Assembly: GCA_964234715.1 (NCBI GenBank)
Contig: OZ174287.1
Length of the DNA stretch: 60,328 nucleotides
DNA from: Podarcis melisellensis
Lineage: Eukaryota
Direction: 5' to 3' (one strand)
Shown here one piece after another: positions 35,207 through 46,536 of this stretch. The translations under genes and the position numbers were made by a program. Position 1 is the stretch's first letter; each line of letters starts with the position of its first letter. The notes under the pieces are model-generated. The model did no database searches and was not told the origin of the DNA. It saw nothing but the letters and a program-made list of their open reading frames with translations.

Positions 35207-36127
35207 TTACTTTTTCCCAAATATTCTCCCAAGAGCTCTCTTCACTTCCTTATTTTTCAAGCTATAGATAATTGGGTTCAACATGGGGGTCAAAATGCTA
35301 TATTGAATAGAGAACAGCTCATCAATTGTCATGGAAGACATGCTGCTGGGTTTCATGTACTGGGACATTCCTGTCATATACAATAATCCAACCACAATGA
35401 AGTGGGAACTGCAGGTAGAGAAGGCTTTGCTCCTTCCCTCTGGGGAGCGGATATTCAGGATGGTGGAGATGATTTGGAAATAGGAGACAAAGGTTGGCAG
35501 GAAGGAACCAAGTCCAAAAATCACAACAGAAGATAGAAGAATCATATTATTGAGGAAGGTATCAGAACAGGAGATTTTCAAAAGAGGTGGCAGCTCACAG
35601 CTGAAGTGGCTGATTTTGTGAATGCCACAGAACTGCAAACTTAATGTGGGCACTGTGTTTATTATTGCAAAAAGGAAGCCCATTATCCATGCCCCCATCA
35701 CCAGGTAAGCACATAATGTTTTGTTCATGATCGCTATATAGTGAAGTGGGTGACACACAGCGGTGTATCTATCATAAGCCATTGCTGAAAGAATAAAAAC
35801 CTCTGTAACACTCAACAGGAGGCTGAAAAACATTTGTGTAAGACAACCAGTGAAGGAAATTGTCTTTTTCTTCATTAGCAAGTTCATTAACATCTTAGGG
35901 ACAATGTCAGTTGAATAACAGATATCAACGAAGGACAAGTGAGACAGAAAATAATACATGGGTGTATAAAGGGAAGGTTCCTTCCTTATCACCAGAATGA
36001 TGGTGACATTTCCTGACAGTGTTAATAGGTAAATGGTTGAAAACACCAAGAAGAAGAAGATATTCAGTTGGGGATTACTGGAAAGTCCCAAGAAAATAAA
36101 CTCTGAACTTTCAGTTTGGTTTTCCAT
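35207..36127 (-). CDS. Olfactory receptor, class II (306 aa), OR8S-like
   Basis: Intact ORF with PMYYFLSHLSFVD, MAYDRY, HFSCELP, KAFSTCSSH and QYSILTPMLNPIIYSLKNKEVK. Confidence 0.96.
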   Translation of the reverse strand: MENQTESSEFIFLGLSSNPQLNIFFFLVFSTIYLLTLSGNVTIILVIRKEPSLYTPMYYFLSHLSFVDICYSTDIVPKMLMNLLMKKKTISFTGCLTQMFFSLLLSVTEVFILSAMAYDRYTAVCHPLHYIAIMNKTLCAYLVMGAWIMGFLFAIINTVPTLSLQFCGIHKISHFSCELPPLLKISCSDTFLNNMILLSSVVIFGLGSFLPTFVSYFQIISTILNIRSPEGRSKAFSTCSSHFIVVGLLYMTGMSQYMKPSSMSSMTIDELFSIQYSILTPMLNPIIYSLKNKEVKRALGRIFGKK

Positions 36128-36612
36128 TTTTGTTTAGGAACCTATAAAACAAGCAAAAAAAAATTTAAAGGAACAATTCAGCCCATTGTTAGCCTCCTTG
36201 ATCATGCAATTCTGTAAAAGTCTACTCAAAATTAATTTCTGTTCAGTTCACTGTGGCTGGTAAGTGCGTATGAAGTTGCAATCTTAATATATAAATTCTC
36301 TCATTGTACCCGATGTTCAGCAATCATACTTGAGATGTTTCACCCTGAGAGATATTGATGTGAGGATCAATATTAGCATGGACTGAAAGCATGATGAAAT
36401 ATTGAATTCATGTGTAAATTAAAGGGTCAGTGTGACTTAATAATATAAGATACAAACTGATGAAATATATCAGTATATCTTTTAGAACACATACTCACAC
36501 ATTTTGCACTATTTCTTTTGAAACATGGTCAAACGTTTAGTTATTATTCTTTTTTAAAAAAACAAACATTTACTTAAATTTGAAACAAATCTATAGCTAT
36601 AATCATCTATAT

Positions 36613-36747
36613 CAGGCTTCCTCAACCTCGGCTCTCCAGATGTTTTGAGACTACAGTTCCCATCATCCCTGACCACTATTCCTGCTAGCTAGGGATCATG
36701 GGAGTTGTAGGCCAAAATATCTGGAAGGCTGAGGTTGAGGATGTCTG
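36613..36747. mobile_element. Palindromic hAT-type MITE (135 bp)
   Basis: caggcttcctcaacctcggc / gctgaggttgaggatgtctg termini with an internal hairpin. The 8-bp flanks atctatat / atctatct match at 7 of 8 positions. Degraded relatives occur near 34765-34880, 41382-41470 and 42983-43100. Confidence 0.75.
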
Positions 36748-37124
36748 ATCTATCTCAATCATTGCTATGTTAGGATTTGAAGGATTTCAATGTAATTCTG
36801 CAGTTCAAGTGCAGAGCACAGAGAAAGGGTTTGATGCACACACAGAGTTTTGTGTCCTCAAAAAGTTCCTTCCCCATTACAAGCTTCAGAAAAAATTCTG
36901 CATGTTGTTCCATGACCCAGAGAAAAGAAAGGGATGAGCACAAAGTTCTTTCACACATACTTTTGGGTCATAGAGGGAGAACACACTCCTGCCTCTGCCA
37001 CTAGTCAGATGAGTGAGGACCATTAGGATTCCTCTCGTCCAAGACAGATATCAAGGAATGGAAAACAAAGCACATAATGATTTCTGTCACCTGGCAGAAT
37101 GCTGTTGCGGGGGACTGGGGGTGG

Positions 37125-37317
37125 AGGGCATGTGTAGTTTAATGGTAGATCATTTGCTTTGCATGCAGAAGGTCCCAAACTCGCCCCCTGGTATTTCAAG
37201 ATACAACTGGGATAGACCCCTGCCAAAAATTCTGGAGAGCTATTGGCAGTCAGTGTAGAAATACCAAAACAGATGGACCACCTGTTTGACTCAATATAAG
37301 GCTGCTTTTTGTGTTCC
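37125..37317 (+). mobile_element. Squam3-like tRNA-derived SINE, diverged
   Basis: A tRNA-like head (tagtttaatggtagatcatttgctttgcatgcagaaggtccc) is followed by tggagagc...cagtcagtgtaga...agatggacca. A relative lies at 50406-50560. Confidence 0.75.
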
Positions 37318-37424
37318 TTTGTACGTACTTTGCTCTTTGGTTTTATATTCATTTTTGTATCCTTACTTGTTGCTTGTAAGCTTCCTTTGAACTAATTTGT
37401 TGGAAATACAAGGTATAAATATTC

Positions 37425-37454
37425 AAAACAAACAAACAAACAAACAAACAAACA
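37425..37454 (+). repeat. (AAAC)n microsatellite
   Basis: Directly visible. Confidence 0.9.
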
Positions 37455-38499
37455 GGCAAACATCAGTCTTAAATGATACATAAAAGTTGAGCTGCCCTAC
37501 AAAAGAGATAAAAATAAAACTATGTTTTAGAAATAAGACGTTTATGAGGAGTATGAGTTATACTATTGCAGTGGCTTTCAAGCTGTGTTCTGGGGAAATG
37601 TGGAGTTCCTTGAAAGCCTGTTGTGGTCCCTAAATGAAAAGGTTAATATAATCAAGTTTCTGAAACATAGGTTGGCCAGCACAGTGACTTTCACCATTAA
37701 CATGTTCAGCCAGTACCCTATGTGAATAAAGCGTGTGCCCTGAAATACCTCCAAAATCGTCTGTAATGTTCAAGGCAAATGCACTGACATTCTGCAGCAG
37801 AACTATCAATATGGAAACAATTAGACATTATCTACAGTATTAGATTCAATGCTTCTTGTAAATGAAAAGGAAAACTAAAGCAGTTCAAAAATGGGTCAGT
37901 GTGGTCAGATGGTGTGCATAAATATGCACATTTCTGAAAGACATATGAACTTACCAGATATGTCACATAAACAGAGCAAAATAAGATTTGTCCTGGAAGG
38001 AATGTAAAGCAGAGTGAGCAGAGCACAGAAGTCCTCAACTCATGTGCCCTTTTGATAAAATAAAACAGATCCTCAATTCTTCCAAGCACAAATCTGTTGG
38101 CTAAATGTACTGTAAGCATATAATTATCCATTTTATATGAAGGATACATTAATTCCCAAACCAAACAAATATTTATTCTGGTGGGATGACTATTCCCACC
38201 TTGGAGCTCTTTGCAAATAATTACCACTATCAGAACTACTTTTTGTTTCCCATGTTTTTAACAATGGGAAATGACCTAATGCAAATACTTGTAAGACACT
38301 GTCATACGAGGTGCATTCCCATGTCAGCCCAACACCACCCTTCTTCACCTTGAATCACAGTCATTTTATTGGTCAGCAATTTATTTGGAAAGCTGAGACA
38401 TGTTCTAGCCTAGAATTAGGCAGAGTACCCAGGCACAGAAAAAATTTGCTAGTACCAGTGTACAAAGCTCAGGACAAATTTATCTAAATAATTGCCCCA

Positions 38500-38715
38500 C
38501 CCTGTATATACCCAGCTGATCAGTGTGCTCTGCAGGAAGGAGCCTCCTGTAGATACATACCATCAGCAAATCCATTCCATATGATATAGAAATTGGGCTT
38601 TCAGTGCTGTGGCACCCAGACTTTGCATCTCCCACCTGTTATATATTAGGCAAGTTCCATCTTCATTGTATTTTTGGCACCTGTTGAAGACCTTCATCTT
38701 CCAACAGACCATTCA
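38500..38715 (+). mobile_element. Old L2 3' remnant
   Basis: gggctttcagtgctgtggcacccagactttg corresponds to the RAFSVVAP-W segment of the L2s in this window. Confidence 0.5.
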
Positions 38716-38879
38716 AATGAATTTTTAAAATCCCAGACTATCTGTATTGACCAAAAAATAAATAAAAAATCATATGCATATATTATACATTTTTATTGTT
38801 GAATTTACTCAATATGATTCATGGAAACTGATTCATAATATTAAATATGTCAGCTCAAAACAATATGCCACTGATTATC

Positions 38880-39691
38880 TGTGGATGAATGATCTCATTT
38901 GCGCTCCCCCAAGAATAATAAAAACATATTGACACAGAATTTTAGTTTAAAGGTTAATGGGCATAATTTAGGCCACAATTTTATTGATTACAGAAATGTG
39001 AGTTGTATTGGCTTAGGCATTGGCAATAACTATATCTGACTCCTGCCCGCCTTGCAGGAAATCTAGAAGGGTAAAGCACCAAAAGAGGGAGCTCCATCGA
39101 TGGCGACTAACTGAAACTCACCCCAGGGTTCTTGCTGGGTCCTGGCATGGCCCTAGCCCCCAATCAGACTTTGGACGAAACCCAGACCCACGGATTCCTT
39201 TACTGGAATACCCTTGTACATGGAGGGGCAGGTGATGGCTGCACTCCCCCCCCCCACATCTCACTAAGCCAATGCCTAACCACCAAACCTTACAAAGTTG
39301 TAACAATTGCTAAGAGGTAGGCGAAAACCAAATGGCCAGTGCCAATCTGCCAAATGGGGAAAAAATCCTACCCGGCCCCTGTTCCAAAACAGACGATCAA
39401 CCAAAGTCCAGAGCAAGACCAAAGCAGACATCTAAAACATTAGGGGGTGGGTGGGCAGGTTTTCGGCGGCGTGAAGCCAGGTAAAGCCCCAGCAATGCAC
39501 CACCAACTTTTAAAGGCCCCTACAATCACGATCCCACTCTCTGATTGGCCAATAGGCCATGGCATGATTGTGGGGCCACCACGTGGCTCAGGCTCATCCC
39601 CCACCCCCTCCATGAATGGAGGGAGCGCCTTGGGCCCATGCACAATGCAGCCCCTCAATTAGGAGGATCCAATTTCCTGTTTTAGATCACA
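38880..39691 (-). mobile_element. Solo-LTR-like element (boundaries approximate)
   Basis: GC-richer block homologous, in inverted orientation, to 44544-45309. On the minus strand it has a CCAAT (39543-39553), a TATA-like tttaaaa (~39508), a structured region and AATAAA (~38980). The ends are TG...CA-like and the TSD is weak. Confidence 0.6.
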
Positions 39692-39894
39692 CATCTCTCT
39701 CTAACTAGGCATGCAAGAAACATGATTACATTTAAATGACACTTTTCAAGAAGGAAACACACACAAACGCACAAACAGCTACACTCAGAAATACACTCAA
39801 GGAAGGCGCAAAGAAGGGTAATTCAGGGACTACCTTCAGTGTGAGTTTCATAATCACTTCAAGCTATTTTAGAGCTATTTGTTTTTGGGTGGTT

Positions 39895-40827
39895 TTAGAC
39901 TTTATTTATGAGGAAAGTTTTCTTCAAAGCTTCTTTCACATCCTTGTTCCTCAGGGTATATATCATTGGATTCAGCAAGGGTGTGATTACAGAGTAGAAA
40001 ACAGCTACTATTTTGTTGGCATTAGATTTGTATTTTACTGCTGGGCGGACATACATGAAAATGAGTGTCGCAAAATAGATGGTGACTACAGAGAGGTGGG
40101 AGGCACAGGTGGAAAATGTCTTCCTCCGGGCAGCAGCAGAAGACATTTTCAGTATAGTGATTACGATTTGCACATAAGAACCTAGAGTGAACAAAAGAGT
40201 GGCCATTACAATAACACTGCTGAAGCCATAGCCAATGACCTGAATAGAATAAGTGTCAGTACACGAAAGGCGAAATATCTGCCCAGCATCGCAGAAGAAG
40301 TGGTTGATTTTGTTGGGGCTGCAGAAGGAAATTTTAGCTAACATGAAGGAAGGGAATGTAGGGCATATGAATCCCACAACCCAGCATATCACAGCCACAT
40401 TCCTGCATGTCCTAGGGTTCATGATGGCGGAGTATCGTAGAGGGTTGCAAATTGCAAGGTACCTGTCGTAAGCCATGGCTGTCAGAATAAACAGCTCAAT
40501 TGCAGCAAAGGCAAAGAAGAAGTAATATTGAGTGATACATCCTGGAATGGAAATTGTCATCTTCTGAGCCAGTAAATTCTCCAACATCTTTGGCACTGTG
40601 ACAGTGGTGTACCAGACTTCGACCATCGAGAGATTGCAGATGAAGAAATACATGGGGGTCTGTAGGCGTGAGTCCACGACCACAATGAGTATAATCAGCA
40701 GGTTCCCCATAAGAGATAGGATGTAGATGATTAAGAAAAGCACAAACAACACCATCTCAAGCTTGGGGATGCTAGTGAAATGAAGAAAGACAAATTCTGT
40801 AACCACAGTTCGATTTTCTTTCTCCAT
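39895..40827 (-). CDS. Olfactory receptor, class II (310 aa), OR6-like
   Basis: Intact ORF with NRT, LQTPMYFFICNLS..EVWYT, MAYDRYLAICNPLRY, HFFCD, KTFSTCASHL and PLLNPMIYTLRNKDVK. Confidence 0.97.
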   Translation of the reverse strand: MEKENRTVVTEFVFLHFTSIPKLEMVLFVLFLIIYILSLMGNLLIILIVVVDSRLQTPMYFFICNLSMVEVWYTTVTVPKMLENLLAQKMTISIPGCITQYYFFFAFAAIELFILTAMAYDRYLAICNPLRYSAIMNPRTCRNVAVICWVVGFICPTFPSFMLAKISFCSPNKINHFFCDAGQIFRLSCTDTYSIQVIGYGFSSVIVMATLLFTLGSYVQIVITILKMSSAAARRKTFSTCASHLSVVTIYFATLIFMYVRPAVKYKSNANKIVAVFYSVITPLLNPMIYTLRNKDVKEALKKTFLINKV

Positions 40828-41799
40828 TATATCAGAAAGCTACAGGGATATAAGCAATAAAAAGAAATGGAAATCATGATTTTTTAAAAAACAACAACAA
40901 CGATGAAGAACAGTGTCTAAATTCTTTGTTATTCAAAAATAAATAAATCAATAAATTCTTTATTCATCCTCTCAGCATTTTACCTTAAAAAAAATCATTT
41001 GGCTCAGTGTAATATAATTCCCCTCCCCTCTTCCCTCCCCCCTCCCCATCTGTATTTCTTCCATTCATTTTAAAAGAAAAAGAAAAAAGAAACAATGAAT
41101 CTATGAAAAGCATTTGATGCTGTTTCTAGGTGCACCACAGTACTGACTGATGAATTTCAAAAGTAAAATTTGCAGTGGTAAATATTATCATCAATGACTT
41201 TTTGGAAAGAATTGGTCCAATTCAAAGGCTGATGTGAATGGACCTTGCTCTGTTCCAACAAAGTAATTATACTATGCTGTTCTTCAGCTTTATTTGAGGT
41301 ACACACAATGTCAACATTCCTCTGTGTCTGGGTAACGGAATACATTTCCTGTATACACTGGTATACTTTTTGCAACAGCCTCAGGTATCCTTTTGTCCTC
41401 TAGATATTGTTGGACTCCATGCAGCACTACCAATAGTGGAACTTGTGGTCTACCTTTATCTGAAAAGCCAAAATTTTAGTTGTCTCTACGTTAGAGCTTT
41501 TTTTTAAAAAAAATCCATTTACCTCCAAACCTCTTTTTTCCTGCCTTTTACACACAGAAAACTTTTAGCTTTTATTTTCTAATCCATAATTTTCTTGTTT
41601 TTTGAATGATTAGTGCATAGGCTGCTGCTCAAAATTTGAAGGATACATTCTAGAAGTGAGGTAAGAATTTGATTGCATCTTCCCAACCAGAACACAACAG
41701 CAACAGGAGATACTTGGTTCTATTATGTCCCATGCTGGCTAAACTGTATAATGATGTCACTATCCATAAAAACAAAAAACACTGACTGCAGTAGGGGTT

Positions 41800-42590
41800 T
41801 GTTGTTTAGTCGTTTAGTCGTGTCTGACTCTTCGTGACCCCATGGACCAGAGCACGCCAGGCACTCCTGTCTTTCACTGCCTCCCGCAGTTTGGTCAGAC
41901 TCGTGTTTGTAGCTTCGAGAACACTGTCCCACCATCTTGTCCTCTGTTGTCCCCTTCTTCTTGTGCCCTCAATCTTTCCCAACATCAGGGTCTTTTCCAG
42001 GGAGTCTTCTCTTCTCATGAGATGGCCAAAGTATTGGAGCCTCAGCTTCACGATCTGTCCTTCCAGTGAGCACTCAGGGCTGATTTCCTTAAGAATGGAT
42101 ACGTTTGATCTTCTTGCAGTCCATGGGACTCTCAAGATTCTCCTCCAGCACCGTAATTCAAAAGCATCAATTCTTCGGCAATCAGCCTTCTTTATGGTCC
42201 AGCTCTCACTTCCATACATCACTACTGGGAAAACCATGGCTTTAACTATACGGACCTTTTTTGGCAAGGTGATGTCTCTGCTTTTTAAGACGCTGTCTAG
42301 GTTTGCCATCGCCTTTCTCCCAAGGAGCAGGCGTCTTTTAATTTCGTGACTGCTGTCACCATCTGCAGTGACCATGGAGCCCAAGAAAGTAAAATCGCTC
42401 ATTGCCTCCATTTCTTCCCCTTCTATTTGCCCGGAGGTGATGGGCCCAGTGGCCATGCTCTTCATTTTTTTGATGTTGAGCTTCAGACCATATTTTGTGC
42501 TCTCCTCTTTCACCCTCATTAAAAGGTTCTTTAATTCCTCCTCACTTTCTGTCATCAAGGCTGTGTCATCTGCATATCTGAGGTTGTTGA
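41800..42590 (-). mobile_element. BovB/RTE LINE, 5'-truncated
   Basis: In-frame NNLRYADDT lies upstream of ORF 41806-42558 (YGSESWTIKKA, LEKTLMLGKIEG, HGVTKSQTRL). It has a short-repeat tail and an 8-bp TSD taggggtt (41792-41799, 42591-42598). Confidence 0.95.
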
Positions 42591-44543
42591 TAGGGGTTGG
42601 CTGCCTCTAAATGAACATGTAGCTAAGTTTGTCAGTGACGTGATAAAACTTAACTTGTGTCATTCCAGATAAACAGGGTGTCACAAGTTTTCTTCCAGGC
42701 AAAGGTTATGCACAAAGTTCATACTTTATTCTACACACATCATATAGTTCTACAACTATTGTGTAGAATATATAATCTACCTAGTTCAAGAGGGCTAGTT
42801 CTCTATTCCTTGCTTGAAACATTTTTTGGTGGTGTCCTAATTTCTCATCTGGCTGAGTAGCAAAACTTGGACAAGTTCTGTACACATGTGGTGGGCTAGT
42901 CTGACTCCACCCACCTATTACTGTGGATGCTGATGATTATTATGTCTGAGCAAAATACAGCTACTGCACAGCTGTTAAATCTCAGGGATGGGAAACTGTG
43001 ACTCCCCAGGTGTCATTATTCTCCCATTCCCATCAACCACAGTAACCATGGCTAATAGTCAGGGATGGTGAACATTGTAGTTATATTTAGGATTCTCCTA
43101 CTACTAGTAGTAACAACAGCAACAACAACATTTAGAATAGTCCTCTTGGAGCAGACTTATCAGCTTATCTGATCCAGAAGATCCTGAAAATTCCATTTTC
43201 AACTATGGTCAACTAATGTCTCCAGGGCATTAAAGAAATAACGCTCCCCTGATGTTTCTCCCTGAAATCTAGTAGCCAGAGAGAAAGTGCCTTTGCACAT
43301 GAGTATTCCATTTAGCTATCAAGGCTATGAAGCCGTTGATAGAACCTACTTCCTGTAAGAATATAAACACATTTATTGTAATAAGTGTTTTTATAAAGAA
43401 ACTCACCAGGGAAGTTTCCTGAAGGAGCACTTGCTACACAGAGGGATACGGTGGTCTTTATTGGAAGAAATGCATCTTAAATGGTCTATAGTAAAATATG
43501 AAGATAATGAAGAAGAAACAACCCCTTTTGCTTTCAGTCCAGTCTAGCCCAAGTTTCACCCAGTATTACTGAAATGGTGATTTGTTGTAGCAATTGCACG
43601 TAACCCAACCTACTTAAAAAGACAGTGGCGCATAATGTGTTGGCTATGCATCTTTGCAACTGTACAATAGAAATGTCCCAGGCCTGTTAATATCGGTTCA
43701 TGTTGGAGCTCTAGGGAATTCTGCCCTTACAAGCTTTTTCATGTTATTGTTGCACTTAAGTCTCCCTGGAATACAGAGACTGTTCAGTATATGTAATTAA
43801 GCCCATTTATTTTTAGTCTGTTTTAATTGTGAAAGTTTACTAACATGGAATAGTTTTTGCTTTATTCTAGGCTGGACAGGCATGATTTGTGAGTGCAGTT
43901 CATTTGCCTTTACTGGCAAGTGGTTGACATCACTCATGGATGTGGCTGTTAGCACTGCTACACAATGTCTGCAGTCCTGGGAAAGCAGGGGAAGCAATAG
44001 GCTGCTGAACCACTGTATATAGATGGGGGGCATATTTTCAGCTTGATGGCTTACAATATGGATGGGGACATATATATTTTTCACCTTGAAAGATACATTC
44101 TGTCATGGGCAGCCTACCAGGGCTATTAAACACTGATGGCAAGGGCCAGGAACAAACAAAGGTGGAGTAACCAGCACAACTATCTTTGCACAGTAGCATA
44201 TATTAATATGCAAAGTCTCAAACATTTCTCCCTCTTCCATCCAGGCAAGAAAGAGGTATAGTCAGAATTCAATGATCGCCAAGCCCCTTGTTCTCTGTTA
44301 TTTGGCATGTGAGAAGTGGCTGTGCAAATCTGCTTCAGTCATTTCCCTCCCTTCCTTAAATGAACGAACTATTCAGCTCTAAGCAGAGTTGCTCTCCAAA
44401 GGGACCATGGGAGCTGAGGGCACATTCCTGATCTCTGTACTACATCTTCCTTTGGCGGGGTGGGGGCGGGGGGGATTCGCAAACCTCGTGGCTCTGACTT
44501 CAAATTGAGCCACAAAGCGTGTACTCCCTAAAATGAGAGCACG

Positions 44544-45309
44544 TGTTGCGGTGTGGGCCGCCAGGCCAGCCCTCTGTTGCCAGGCAGGTTAATAGTTATT
44601 GCCTGGCGCAACAATTGGCTGACCGGGTTGCTGGGGCAAATTGCATGTAACAAGTTGGGTGGGTGGGACCATAGGCTTTAAATATTGGGGCACATTGCTT
44701 TCTCTTTCTCTTTCGCAGAGTGTATCAGCCCGCCCTGTGTTCCGGTTGACCTTGCTTTGCCTGTCATGGGTCATCTGCCTTGGTGCAGGGGCCTAGTAGG
44801 AATTTTGCCATTTGGCTGATTGGCTGGTGTCACTTGGTTTTTGCCTACTACTTAGCAATTTGTCACAACTTGTAAGGTTGCGGTTAGGCATTGGTTATAA
44901 AAAGCTGGTGGTGGAGGGGTCAGGATAGGCTGTGCCTGCCCCTCCAATGGTGCTGGAAGGGAATTCCATTAAAGGAATCCTGGGGCTTGCCACAATTTCG
45001 ACCATTCCCTGAAATGGTACCAGGGCTGGCAAGCCTTGGGGAGCTGGTTGGGTGAGCTGTGAGGGGCTGACACTCAGCTCAACTGATCCCCAACATTGTT
45101 TTCCCTTCACTGGCTTCCGATGAAGTTCAGAAAGTCAGTTCTGTCCCAGGCGGGGGGACAGATAGTCACAACCAATGTCTAAGCAACCACTCACAGATTT
45201 CGTATTTTAATAACGTTGTAACCAAAATAGTGCCAAAAACCTTAAACTAAAATTACATGTGATTTGTGAATTATTTTGAGGGGTGGCTTGGGGACCTACG
45301 CACGCAATA
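44544..45309 (+). mobile_element. Solo-LTR-like element related to 38880-39691
   Basis: Ends tgttgcg...cgcaata form a short inverted terminus. It has attgg (~44624), a TATA-like tttaaat (~44677), and blocks of similarity to the reverse complement of 39190-39380 and 38940-39040. No clear TSD. Confidence 0.6.
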
Positions 45310-46536
45310 CGATTTTATAGTATCAGGAGAAAAGTTGTTTGATGACTTTCAGAAGAGCATATGGCAGGGTATGACATCATCCAGTTTCTTCCCCTGCCTT
45401 CCAATATATCACACCAAGACTTATATATGGTTCTTCTGAACCAAATAATACATCATAGCCTGGGGAGATACAAGGTAATATCCCCCCCCCAACAGATCAA
45501 TTTAAATGAAAAAGATAAATATAGATGAGTTTTCCCCACACACACTTTGCCTCCTATTAATATTTCATGACGAACATTCTGAGTGGGCGGAAGTTTATTT
45601 CAACTTGAGGTGTGATCTTAGGTATAGTGATAGTGTATGCACTTGTGGATTAAATGCTGGGTAAGTGACAACTCATTTCTGGTCTTTGCAGATGGATTTA
45701 GTGGTAGGGATGTACAATGTTATAGCATAGTGAAAGAATGATAACCTGTTGTATCATTGGTACAGGGTGGCAGGAGAGGGTCCCTAAGCATTTACCACCT
45801 GATCTGACTAACCACATAATGGAAGTTTAGCGAACTGAAAAGTTGAATTAGCTTTCTAGGCTGCTTCATAATAGATAATTGAAAACAATAAAGTTAGGAT
45901 GCAGTTTGAGCTCAGATCTCAAAAGAATATCTAGAAACTAATTCCTCCGAAACTGCAATTAGTTATTATCAAAACCATTTTTTCTTTCCTTTGATGTGCC
46001 TCAGATATATTTCCCAAGCAGATACAGTAGCCCTAATTTTTCCTCTGGAGTTCTGCCTTGGGTGAGATCTTGTCAGTTTGCTTCCCAATACTCATTAAAT
46101 TTTCTCAATGTATGGAGTGTCTTCAGCAGACATGATCTCCTCAAAACATATATTTTAAGTGGCATATGGCACCCACGGAGAGTGTGAAAATATGCTGATC
46201 TCCCCACACCATTTTTAACTGAACTGTTAGCAATCTTAGTGTGGAGGGCATTCATTTCCTCAGCTTTCCTTCAGTATTTTGCCTTTTCAGAAACTGCCAT
46301 AATCACTCTACAACAGTCGTTGAAGTTAAGCTTTGTAGCAAATCTATTACTATTATTTTTTATAAAGAAAACTTTATAGTCTTGTTACTTATAATATCAG
46401 TTGCGAGATTACATTCAAGCATAATCCCAGTCCAGATAAATCATAATTGTTTATCTCTTGAGATGTTCATGTTTGTTTCTTTATTAAAAAAACCTTTGGT
46501 CATTTTTTTAGATGTGCATCCTTCAGATAACTTTCA

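Noticed and set aside
37125-37200. tRNA gene-like sequences (also 50406-50475 and 29400-29475)
   Set aside because: They are degenerate heads of tRNA-derived SINEs that continue into SINE bodies, with no intact cloverleaf.
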